Shown here: in pieces, positions 43,803-55,600 of the stretch
Position numbering within the stretch: position 1 is the first letter of the stretch
Layout of the letters: each line of letters opens with the position of its first letter
Source of the DNA: Eledone cirrhosa
Taxonomy: Eukaryota
Assembly (NCBI GenBank): GCA_964016885.1
Contig: OZ024746.1
Span: forward strand, 88,102,001 to 88,166,000
DNA length: 64,000 bases
Reading direction: 5' to 3'
Notes under the pieces: generated by a model
The model's input: only the letters and a program-made list of their open reading frames with translations
Databases searched by the model: none
What the model was told of the DNA's origin: nothing
Made by a program: the position numbers and the translations under genes

Positions 43803-44037
43803 ACAGATTAAAGTTTAAGCAAAGAATCGGTGCTTTTAATTCTTCGTTCACAGATTGATTTGTTTGGTTTCAGAAGATCCCATAAAGGGTGAAAGCACCG
43901 ATTCTTTGCTTATACTTTAATCTGTTATTTTATAAATATTTCTTCTACGGTTCTTATATATTTGATATATATTTATTCTTATCGAGCTCTCTTTGGAATT
44001 TAGTCTTCCGATTTATTACTATTACTATTATTATTAT
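43798..44037 (-). repeat. Family C copy with a folded-back end
   Basis: 43801-43836 is the reverse complement of 43892-43927. The body is the reverse complement of 15030-15205. Confidence 0.8.
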
Positions 44038-44044
44038 AAAAATA

Positions 44045-44460
44045 GGGCGGTGTATTGGCTGTATCAGTGGAGAGTCGGACGCCATGCTTTCCAGCATAGT
44101 TACGTCCCTTTACGGTCTGAGTTCAAATCCCGCCGAGGTTAACTTTGCCTTTCATCCTTACGGGGTCGATAAAATAAAGTACCAGTAATGTATTGGGTAA
44201 TTGCTGGCCTTGTGCCAAAAGTAGAAACAATTATTATTATAAAAATAATGAAAAAAAGTCGAAGATGCGGTGAATTGGCAGTATCGGTAGAGGGTGGACG
44301 CCATACTTTGCAGCATAGTGTTACTCCCCTTTATTATCTGAGTTCAAATCCCTCCGAGATTAACTTTGCCTTTCATCCTTACGGTGTCGATAAAATAAAG
44401 TACCAGTAATGCAAACGCTGGCCTTGTGCCAAAAGTAGAAATAATTACTATTATTATTAT
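44045..44460 (+). mobile_element. Two tandem tRNA-derived SINEs
   Basis: Copies start at 44045 and ~44267. Each has box A, GTTCAAATCC, the core and an (ATT)n tail. Confidence 0.9.
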
Positions 44461-44488
44461 TACTATATATATATATATATATATATAC

Positions 44489-44612
44489 ATAGGAACGAGT
44501 AGGACCACGTCGGGGGTCCTACTCGTTCGTCTTACCCACTCTACTACACTAAGTATTGAGTACTTTGGTGCGTTATGGTCCACCTTGTTCCTTACCACAT
44601 TTCATTCGTTAT
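44489..44612 (+). repeat. Dispersed repeat family D with a terminal 14-bp hairpin
   Basis: GAACGAGTAGGACC-8nt-GGTCCTACTCGTTC. The body matches 46050-46152 and the reverse complement of 62565-62670. Confidence 0.8.
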
Positions 44613-44620
44613 ATATATAC

Positions 44621-44725
<105 letters not shown>

Positions 44726-44937
44726 TGTGTGAATTTGTTTATGAACGTGCAGGCGTAAATCTTTTGGTCGAAAAATATTTTACCCTAGTATATAAAGTTG
44801 GTAGGTTAATCTGATCTGGATTTGAACGCTAGATCATTGGAGAAATTGAAATTCAATTTATTCTCAAATATAATGAAATTAGATAAGAAAAATTCTAGGG
44901 ATAAATGATGGTGTATTCGAAGACACAAATATATTCA

Positions 44938-45370
44938 TAAATAATATTTTCTACTGTAGGCACAAGGGCAGTAATGTGGAAAAGGTTGGGATTGGGGGAT
45001 AATCAAATAAAATGACCCCAGTGCATTAGGGTGCTTTATCTTATCGATACCGTAAGGATGAAAGGCAAAGAAAACCTCGGGGAGATTTGAACTCAGATCG
45101 TAAATGGGCCCTAACTCTATGCCACAAATCATTGGTGTCCGACGCTCTACTGATACTGCCTAATATAATAAAGAAACATACATAATTGTTTCTCCTTTTG
45201 GCACAAGACCAGTAATTATCCAGTGCATTACTGGTAATTTATTTTATCGACAGCTTAAGGAAGACGGGCAAAGTTAAACTCGGCAGGATTTGAACTCAGA
45301 ATGGAAAAACCTGTAACTCCATGTGTCAAAGCATGGCTTCCGACGATCTAATGATACAGCAATCCACCGC
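44938..45370 (-). mobile_element. Two tandem tRNA-derived SINEs in opposite orientation to 44045-44460
   Basis: G(G/A)GATTTGAACTCAGA-type box B complement and TATCGA..TAAGGA core complement at ~45040-45100 and ~45245-45300. Confidence 0.85.
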
Positions 45371-45739
45371 GTACATAATGGCACTAAAACTTATAATAAC
45401 TATATATACGCATACACATACATATGCGCAAACACACACAAACACACGGACATACACGAATATATTCAATATTAGCCCATCATATACCATTCTGCATGAA
45501 CTATTTTGTTATCAGACTCTTAGGAAAGTTCTGATGAATATAGGTCATAATGAAAGATAGAGTCTGTCTTGATTTCGGCTATTACAATAAAGATAACTTG
45601 CATATTTACTTAAGAACTGTTATCACTTTGGTTTACAGACGCCACTCGCTCACAGAACTACCTACGATCTTATGCAAACTTGCACATAAGTAAACGCAAA
45701 ATCAGCACAGACACGCATACACACTCGCACACACATAAG

Positions 45740-45784
<45 letters not shown>

Positions 45785-45916
45785 GTGAGGTTTTTTTTTA
45801 CAAAATGAAAAATAACCGAGGTGTCCTACACGAGTGGAAGTATAAAGAAAAAGGGATGAAATCGAAAATGCAACTGAAGTCTTATTTTTTTAAAAAATAT
45901 ATATATTTATTTGGTT

Positions 45917-45954
45917 CCTTTACCGGTTTCGCAGTTCTTCTGCTTTTCAAAAGG
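45917..45954 (-). ncRNA. Minimal type I hammerhead, U3-A8 variant, palindromic stem III (family E, 45778-45995)
   Basis: Minus strand CCTT-TTGAAAA-GCAG-AAGAA-CTGC-GAA-ACCGGT-A^AAGG. A decayed paralogue lies at ~46512-46548. Confidence 0.75.
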
Positions 45955-46150
45955 TGAGTTGAGATGGAGGGTCTGTGGTTTTTCTCACATCTTAATATAT
46001 ATATATTTTGGACTGAATTAGCCGTCGAAACGGCTTGAGCTCAGCCGTCGGCGGGGTCCTACTCGTTCCTATTACCCATTCTACTACCCTAAGTATTGAG
46101 TACTTTAGTGCGTTATGGTCCCCCTGGTTCCTTACCACATTTCCTTCGTT

Positions 46151-46198
<48 letters not shown>

Positions 46199-46349
46199 AG
46201 AGAGAGAGAGAGAGATGGATAGATATATATATATATAATGTATATATAGTGAAATAAGATAACAAGTACTATTGGTTACTCCTTCATTACGTGTATTGGT
46301 TGGTCACGCGCGTTTCGCCACTGATCAGCTCATGGTTCAATCTGTATCC

Positions 46350-48003
46350 ATCTGACCAGACCCTGTAATACGCGGCTCGACATATATATATATATTAGTA
46401 AAAAGGAAAAGAAAAATTATGACAAATTGTTTCCAGTGAAAAATAGTTTAATTAGGAATAAGTATAAATTAGTAATAAGTATTAGTTAGTATTCAGTTTT
46501 AGTTTTAAGTCTTTTTACCGGTTGTGCATTTCTAATGCTTTTCAAAAATAAATTTGAGATAGAGCGCACGTGATTTTTGCTCTAATCTTATTAGTTTTGG
46601 AAATTATTCCTGTTTTCTGTGTAAAAAGTGGCTCCAGAGGTATTATAATTTGGTTGGTTGTTGAGTGTCACGTGAATAAGCATTATAAATTTTGCGCCAA
46701 TTCGTTGTAGTCAAAACAATTTTGATTTGTCGGTAGAAGTCACGTTAATGTTAAAATTGATTTTAGCGCTAACTAGTTTTGCGCTAAATGTAGATTTGTC
46801 GAGGATTGTCGTTTTCCGCTTGATTGAGTTGCAGTCATGTTGAAAAGTCACTGAAAAATATGTCTATTAAGACAAATATGTGTGTGTGTGTATGTGTGTG
46901 TAGTAAAGTGGTTCATTGTTATGATAATGGTCACAGGGATGTTTGTGTATACGTGTGTGAGTTTGGCAGCAGAAGCAGCATTAGTTTGGCGACTAAGTCG
47001 TGGTCTTTTTTAGGGTGGCCTGACCGTAGATTCAAAGAATGTGTTTGGTAGCGAAAATGTTCAAATGAACTTTGAATTAGTTGAAAGTGAGTACTATGTT
47101 GTAGCAGGACCGAACACGTAAATATTTATGCAGGTAATAGAGTATGAAAGGGGAGTAGCCAAACATTTCAATTGAATGGTAAGTGGAAAGTCAGTAGTAA
47201 GTAAGATCTATGAAGAATGCACGTCAAAAAATAGGTGAAACCTGTAAGCCAAGCCTGTCTGAGTAATAGCACAAAATAGCGTAAACAAGGGCATTATTTT
47301 GGAGCACACTGGAAAATAAATTATAGAAATCAGACGTTCTTGAAAAATGTTTTCTCATTAATTCTTTATCTCATATTGAGAAAAACAAAGAAAGAAAATT
47401 ACAAAAAGGACAACAATAAAATATAATGTCTTTGTTCAGAATCAAGCAAATAAATGCTTAAACGTCGTTATTGTTACGTTCGTTGTTTTATAAATTCATA
47501 TGTTGCTTTTGAATATTTGTTATTTGATGTAAAATGTAAGTGTGTAAAATGTAACGTTGTGAGAGAAATATGTATTTAGTGTTATCGGCTTTTTAAATTT
47601 TGATATTTGATGTATGAGGTGTTGCATAGTTATCAAAGTTTTTGTCGCGTTCCCGAACGAAGAGGGGGAATGATCTATTATAGAGAGAGAAAAGTTGTGT
47701 AGTTGTTCTAAATTATAATAGTCATAGGGTAGTATACGGAGGCATTAACCTTTTAAAAAGAGTTGCAGAGAAGATTGAGGATAGTGAGAGGAATGAAGCG
47801 TGTGAGAGAGAGGGTTACAGCATGTATTTAGTTTTATCGATTTTTTTTACATAGAAGCAAGACACTTTCGGCAAAAATAATTACACGTTGACCAGCCCTG
47901 GTAATTTTGGAGCACATTGTAAGAAACAAATCATCAAAATCGGTAGAGAGATGTGGAAATGTATACAATTATAAACGCACACACAGACAGACAACTACCG
48001 TTT

Positions 48004-48010
<7 letters not shown>
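46350..48010 (+). mobile_element. Non-autonomous Helitron-like element (left end uncertain)
   Basis: 3' region CATGTATTTAGTTTTATCGATT..CGTTGACC..CACACAGACAGACA..TTTTGTATATA is shared with 58398-58583, a Lep1/DINE-like architecture. Confidence 0.5.
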
Positions 48011-48044
<34 letters not shown>

Positions 48045-48705
48045 GGGGAGGGGGTATACGTGTGTTTGTGTTATATTATAGTATATTTGGTATGATTCGA
48101 AGTTGTAGCTGCCATATAGCATGTACTAATCGATTTGCTTTAAGCATATAGTCTCACCAGTCAAGTGATTGAAGCTCAGATGTAGTGCTGTGTTCTTATT
48201 ACGCCAATGTCATATGTTGCTCATTTTACTTTGTCTGTTGTTTCTTATAAAATACAAGAGATATACAATAATGAAAGTATTAAATAAATATAATAGAGAA
48301 ATCAATAAACTGAAAGAAAGTGTACTGAAAAGATATATATAATTAAGTTCATCAGTATATCTCATCTGCTCCCCAATGTCAGGATGGCGAATGCATTGCC
48401 ACAGAGAACAGGGAAGGACATACACTGCAATCACAGATTCTTTCTGACGAGGCTCTCTCATTGAAGAACACGTAGGGCTTCCGTTTTTGCGTAGTATATG
48501 GAAGGGGTCTGTCAAACAACGACGTTAATTTATCTGCTGCTTCTCTGCGTTATGATTAGTGGTTCCTGGGTTTGTAGTATCATAAGGAATAATATCACTA
48601 ATGTAATTCAATATTCATCCGCGCCTGCATATAATGTTATAAGTACGGAAAGGAAATCATGTTCTTCCTGGCCATGCATTTAACGCACATTTGCATTAAG
48701 CAACG

Positions 48706-49512
48706 CATGGTTGACCTATTCTTGAAGCTTGGTTAAATATACCATCTCGCAGTGAAATAGAAATGGTTACCAAAATCATTTTGGACTTTATTGCTGTCAA
48801 TTTTTGAAGCATCCTTTGTCTAGATACATAGACCTGGATTTCCATGGACACCAATTAGTTATTAATGCACGTATATTCAGCAAGGCATGGTGCGGTTTCA
48901 CATATTTGAAAGTTCATGGACCCTAATGTAAATGCATTCTCCTAAAAGATGTTGACTTCGTGGACGGTCTGACAATAATCCTCTATATAGACATGTCGGG
49001 CATGAAGAATGCCAAAATGACAATTAATCAGCTATAAGTTCAGTTGTATCAAAAAAGATATAGATATTGATCTTTTAGAATTATGTGACTCTCTCAAGAC
49101 AGCTGTGACATGCACTTAACGCACGTTTGGAATAAACAATACATGGCCAACATATTCTCGAATCTCAAAACTTGGTTAAATGTACCACCTCGTATTGCAC
49201 TAGGGATAGTTACCAAAATCATGTTGGACTACATTGGAGTCAATTCTTAGAATATTCCCTTGGCTAGATAAATAGACTTGGACAGCACGAATATTTAGCA
49301 AGGCATGGTGTGGTTTCACATATTTGAAATTTAATAGACATTAATCCTTTCTCCTAAAATATGTCGATTTCGTGGACAGTTCCGCAATAATCCTCTTTGT
49401 AGACACGAAGATCAGGACAAATGCGAAGACGACAATTAATGAGAGAAAATTTCAGTTGTATGGAAAAATATATAGATATTGATCTTGCAGCATGATGTCT
49501 CAAGGCAGCTGC
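48706..49512 (+). repeat. Old tandem duplication, ~400 bp x2
   Basis: CTTGGTTAAAT.TACCA.CTCG, GTTACCAAAATCAT, AGCAAGGCATGGTG.GGTTTCACATATTTGAAA and ATATAGATATTGATCTT each occur twice, collinearly. Confidence 0.85.
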
Positions 49513-50949
49513 GCATAAATTTCTGGATTGTACATAGATGATAATTTAGTAATCTCATAAAATATGCATGCTTCAACTATTACAGTATAAATACATAATC
49601 TTAAACTATCAGTTATTGCCATCTTTGTTTTTAAAGATTACAATAGAAACTTACTGGACAGATTCTAAGTATATATAAAACGTTCCAGCCACCCGTATAT
49701 CAGACTAATTTGGCACGGCTCTAATCTATCCTTATATGGGCACACCTTATATTAAGAAAAAAGATATTTCAATGTCGTGATATATAGGCGAAGTTTAGTG
49801 AACACAGCTTCTAATTATAAGTTTCAACTCAGAATACAGCGTAGTGGAACGGGTAATTTAGCAATGTGATTTAATTCACCACTTATTCCGGAAATCATAC
49901 ATTTCCTAAAAGACAGATGGCATCATTTACCATCCACATTAACTTCTATGGCTTTGGAATTAGTAGCCTATTAATTTCAGTTAATAATGGAAAAGAAATG
50001 TCCAGATAATATAAATATGTTCCCCCTCAAATTCGTCATTATAAACCCGAAAATCGACATCATCAATCTCTGTCATTGCCTACTTTAAACTCCCTATCAC
50101 TATCACCAGTCTCTCAGACAAGAATAATCCAATGTTTCAGCCACCAAACAAGAAAATACAGCTTTTGGTAGGGATACTATAACAGACACATTTGAAATGT
50201 CACTATTGTAATCATTATTATCTTAGAAACCATTAATATACATTTGAAGGATAACGTATGATAGAAAACCTATTTTGGATAGACTGGAACGGTCTCTAAA
50301 TCTCCGATGTACGAGCGCGGTTAATGATTTTAACGCCTGAAATGAATTTTACAGCTGCCTTGTAAACATATGTGTGAGTGATTTTGTCCAGTTATTTTTG
50401 TATCAATTACGTATATTACAAATCATTGATAAGGTACTATTCTTATTAATAGATTTGTCATATACCCCTTTATTTGTAGTGTTTTCCGAATTTTTTTTCT
50501 CGATGGAACATAAGCAGCATCATGAATAACGAACAATGGTACACAAATCATATTACTATTAACGGGCAATATTGTATGCAACACCATATAATATGACAGC
50601 AATGCTAGAGATTTGCTGAGAGAATGATATATTTGGAGTGCTAAACGTGTTAGTGTGAGTATGTTGTGGAAGTGAGAGAGAGTGAGAGAACGAAAGAGAA
50701 CGAATCATCTTGCGAACGGTATCTTAGAAATAATTGATTAATATTTATTTTTCCCTTTATTATAATGACTTGTCAAATGACCATTCGTTGCAATAGATTG
50801 ATAACCTTGTTTCTCCTATTCGCTGTCGAGATGAAAATAATATTCATTACCTACATTCATTCTTAAACGCATGTATTATTTTGGACAATGCTTTAAGCTT
50901 TTAATATACTATCATCCACTTAGTAGTAAGCTAGTGTATTTACGAGCAG

Positions 50950-50961
50950 GAGAGGGAGAGG

Positions 50962-51051
<90 letters not shown>

Positions 51052-51100
51052 TAAGATAGATAGATATGTATGTAGAGAGAGAGATAGAGAGAGGGAGAGA
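50950..51100. repeat. (GA)n microsatellite
   Basis: Directly visible. Confidence 0.98.
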
Positions 51101-52984
51101 AGGAGCCGAGTGAGAAGGAGAGTGGGGGAGAAAGAGCCGAGAGAGAAACGGATTGAAATGAGAAAATAATATAGATGGAGAAATATATAAATCAGGAAAT
51201 GAGTAATACCTTCAGACAAATCAATAACATAATCCACATAAGGTTCCACTGATAGGTAATGGCACTAAATAAAAGAAAGCAGATTCAAGTTTCACTATTG
51301 CACAGTATGGGGTAATCTTTCAAATGAACAAAAGAGAATACGTTAAAAAAAATAAAGATTTACTTCCTGAAAACATTGATTCTGTTAAGCAGAAGAATCT
51401 ATCAGAGCTTTCAATGTGCAAATTTAATTTCTTCTAACCGTCATCTTTTTGGCTGCTTTTGGAAATTCTAGAACCTCTGTGTTTTGTGTTAATCTACATT
51501 ATGTGTTATCGGATGTCACTCAGTAACATGTCATATTAGCAGGCATGTTAACGTGACAGATAAAGTAACAATATATTTCTACAGTACGTATCTAAATGTA
51601 GTCATTGCATGAAATCCTCAAAAAGGTAATTAAAGAAAAATGACTTGACAAGATATTCCGAAATAACCAACAGTTTATATGAAACATGCACGTATGCATG
51701 AAATGTATTGAAGCTTTGGGCACAAGACAGATTACGAAGATACCTTATCGTACACTGACGTAATCAATCTAATTAAAGACCATATCTTTATTCATACAAT
51801 GTATCACGTGCGTTTATAATCACAACTGATTTGCAAAGATAAATATTGGAAAAAAAAGGCTGTCTAATACATAGACCCCTGGAAATTCCACTTTTATATA
51901 ATATCCACTATATTTATGTTCATAGATAAATCTATATATCTTCGGAACATTGGCTAATTCTGATTCAATATTTTTTAAAAAGTTAATACGATAGACAAGG
52001 AAGATCGTGACATAGAATATAGTATGTGTCAATGTCTACGATTTTGTAGTTTTCAATTGAATCTTGTTCATCTTGTCACCTTATCAAAATATGAGACACA
52101 ATTCTTCCATTAACTTCTCTTCTTAGGTTAATTTGAGAAATAGGTAGCTGCTTTTCTCTGATGTTTTCTCGTCGTACCCATCTTGAAATCATGCCTCTTA
52201 TATTGTTTGGTGTTATTCCTTAATATTATTTCGTCGTTGCTGTTTATATATTTGTCAGAGTGTCTGACCATCCGTTCACCCTTCTATTCATCAAGCTATA
52301 TGTTTATATATATAAATCAACATATAGAGTGAAATACAATATCGAGATATGTGTTTAATCATCGTGTATCAGAACCACTACATTCATGAACATAATACCT
52401 ACGGAAGGAGTGGTGGGTACAGATAAATAAAAAGAATATATTAACATCCTATTATAACAATGCATCCGGACATGCTCAACTAAGTACATGTTTCGCTATA
52501 AAAAGTGAAGAATCCATAATGTAGATATAGCTCCTTAGTGGCGCCTAGCAATATGATCAACGCTTCTAAATAAATATAAAAGATAACTAAGAAAACACGT
52601 ATGATATAGAGGAAAAACGTGCGCGTTTTATAGTCAATGGTGGTGTGAATAGACCAAAGACCACTAACAACAGCAGCTCGGAATCATTCAACTTTAGAAC
52701 CTGTAGAACCTGTATTTACAAAAATGAATTTGGAGCCAAAATATCGAATTAAAACATTTAGTTAAAACTCACGTTAATCCACTATAATTTAACGAGCACA
52801 GGGGATAGAGCCGGAGCTCTTTATAAATCGACATATATAGAGAAGTACACATAAATATATGTCTTTAATTATAGGGCATCAAAAACCACCATAGTACCGA
52901 GGGATTAGCGAATACAAATCAATAAAATAAATATATTAAAGTGTACTAACCATCCGATTGCGAACTTATACTAGTACGTTTGCG

Positions 52985-53216
52985 CTAAGGTATGTTGATA
53001 TCTTAACATAAAATTTTATATTTTATGTGATGAAAGCACACTAAAACTTAGTGTCCTAGAAATACGTATGATTAAATAAAAATGGTATTATAGAGATATG
53101 TTACATATATTAATATTATTAATATTAATAAACACCAGTTCAATCATGGATAGTGCTTCAAATCTGTTATAACATTAACTATGTTGAATAATAAACAACA
53201 AACCATATAATTCATT

Positions 53217-53220
<4 letters not shown>
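52985..53220 (+). repeat. Family A single arm with a decayed hammerhead core
   Basis: TTTTAT-GTGATGA-AAGCACACTAAAACTTAGTGTCCTA-GAAA-T-ACGT-ATG. Confidence 0.7.
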
Positions 53221-53250
<30 letters not shown>

Positions 53251-53258
<8 letters not shown>

Positions 53259-54203
53259 ATACTTGGGGTGGGTCATATTTGTGTAATATTGCCAGAATTA
53301 ATAACAGAACACACTCACTATTTGGTTGGTTTTCCCTTTTCACTGCTGTGTCTTTTATATCGGTAATCTAATTTATTCGGTCCTCAATGTTGCCTTGACT
53401 GACCAACGGTCAAAAATAATACAGATACAATATAGACACAAACACATATATATAGTTTATCAAAGTTCTTTCGTTGCACATCTGCAACATCGTCAGTGGT
53501 GATATTGTTTCCTCCCGTTGCATTGTATTTTCTACGCCATCTTTATTTAGTCGGTTTATAAATTTATTTATTTGTTTATTTTATTTTGTCTTCTTTGCGC
53601 ATGCGTTTGCCTGTGTGTATAGTGTTTTGTTTGATATGTGGTGGTGATTGGGTGACTCTGTATTGGTTAATGTATTCTATCTTTACTAGTGTGTGTTTAT
53701 ATGTATAATATAAATAAATACATACACAAGCACCATAGCAACAAACAGATATAAACACACACTAGTAAAGATAGAATACACAGTCACCCAATACACAGTC
53801 ACCCAATCACGAACACACATCAAACAAAACACTATACACACACGCAAACGCATGCGAAAAGAAGACAAAATAAAATAAACAAATAAATAAATATATAAAC
53901 AGAGTAAAAAAAGATGGCGTAGAAAATACAATGCATTGGGAGGAAACAATAGCACCACTGACGATGTTGCAGATGTGCAACGAAAGAACTTTGACAAACT
54001 ATATATCTGTGTTTGAGTCTATATTGTATCTGTATTATTTTTGACCGTTGGTCAGTCAATGGCAACATTGAGGACCGAATAAATTAGATTATCCATATAA
54101 AAGACACAGAAGCGAAAAGCGAAAACCAACCAACAGTGAGTGTGTTCTGTTATTAATTCTGTCAATATTACACAAATATGACCCTCCCAAAGTATAACAA
54201 TAT
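53251..54203. mobile_element. ~950 bp foldback element with a hammerhead-like core in each arm
   Basis: Arms ~53251-53701 and ~53750-54203 with a ~48 nt spacer. CTGACGA-T-GTTGCA-GATG-TGCAAC-GAAA at 53958-53985 (+) and 53496-53469 (-). Confidence 0.88.
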
Positions 54204-54241
54204 TTGTTTCGACACACGATTTCATATAAAAAACCTCGCAA

Positions 54242-54342
<101 letters not shown>

Positions 54343-54683
54343 AGCAAAGAGATATTTAATTTGATGGTAATTCAGCAAATTTATCTATAACAGTTTCGAA
54401 GCACTCGCCAAGTTTCCTGGCGTATAATATTTAAGGATATTAATAAATGCAAACTATATTTATAAAACCATATTTATTTATTGTATATATTTCAATGGTA
54501 TAACAAAATTTGGTACGCTCTCATCAGATAAAATACAAAATGTGTTTTATAAATAGTGACATATCCGATAAACCAGAACTTACCGGTTTTATCTGATGAG
54601 TGTGTACCAACTTTGTTTGTACCTTTGAAATATATATAATAAAATAAATATGGTTTTATAAATATAGTTTCCATTTATTAATT
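54343..54683. mobile_element. Family A foldback with divergent hammerheads
   Basis: Arms ~54440-54533 and ~54587-54682. CTGATGA at 54527-54521 (-) and 54593-54599 (+). Confidence 0.82.
54587..54644 (+). ncRNA. Type I minimal hammerhead motif
   Basis: TTTTAT-CTGATGA-(imperfect stem II with GTAC/GTAC)-GAAA-T-ATAT-ATA^ATAAAA. Stem I is a perfect 6 bp. Confidence 0.65.
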
Positions 54684-54984
54684 CATTGATGTATATATAT
54701 ATATATATATATTTATATAACCTCTATTTATGCATATCATTGTATCGTAACGATCTAGTGGTGTTTCACTTCATACGGAATGTATCATATTCATTACAGA
54801 TCAATAATGTGACTATTGTTCGCGCTCATTCTGTCTTCTCTTTTCTCATATTTCTTTCGTTCTTTTATTACAATGGTTCTATCGACACATATGCTCCCTT
54901 GTGTCATTGACGTTGCTGAGGTTTTTCCAGAATATACGTTGCTTAACTTTGAAGGGAGAATAAAATTAACAGTGTCATCATGTG

Positions 54985-55600
54985 TAGTGAGAAAATATTT
55001 TTACTACAAAAAATATTTGCACGTTTATAAAAAGGAAACTAAATATAAGACGTTCAATTATCCCAGGGCAGTGTTCACGAGTGATGGAAGGCAGGAGGCT
55101 GAATTAAGTGCAAGAATTGTAGTCAGCATACGTCTGTATGAACGGAAGTAGGCGTGAAAGCTCTACTCATTACCTTCAATTCCGATTTTCGTGCCTACCT
55201 ACCCTTGCCTCTGGTCAAGAATCTTGAATAATCACCGCGAGATTACAATCACAAATGCAAGCGGCCGAAATGGGATTTCTCTGAAGGGTCGGGGATCAGT
55301 AATTCACTCCAGCTAGAGCCGCTACTTCTCCAAATTTGGAGATCACATCTCCGATGATATAGGCATGTGGTTAGAATGTCTCAGAAAAGAATCGATGTAC
55401 AGATTTTACAAGCCAAACCAACCGGAAAGAAAGCCAGAGGTAAAATGGTTGGATAGCATCCATGAGCTTGCTGCTCACGCTTGGGATCCAGCCGGATCAG
55501 TTGGAGGCGGTTGCGTTTGAGAGGACCCGCTGGAGGGAGGGTTTGAGTACTCTGCCCCACGAACTAACCCGGGAAGAAGTGTGCGAAGTAGAAGATGAAT
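54985..55600 (+). pseudogene. 3' fragment of an RTE-type LINE
   Basis: FNYPRAVFTSDGRQEAEL, HVVRMSQKR..QILQAKPTGK, KWLDSI. Same family as 39000-40010. Confidence 0.75.

Noticed and set aside
46300-46340. Minus-strand GC..GC-GAAACGCGCGTG hammerhead remnant
   Set aside because: Core is degenerate (CCATGA) and the triplet is GUG; at best a dead remnant.
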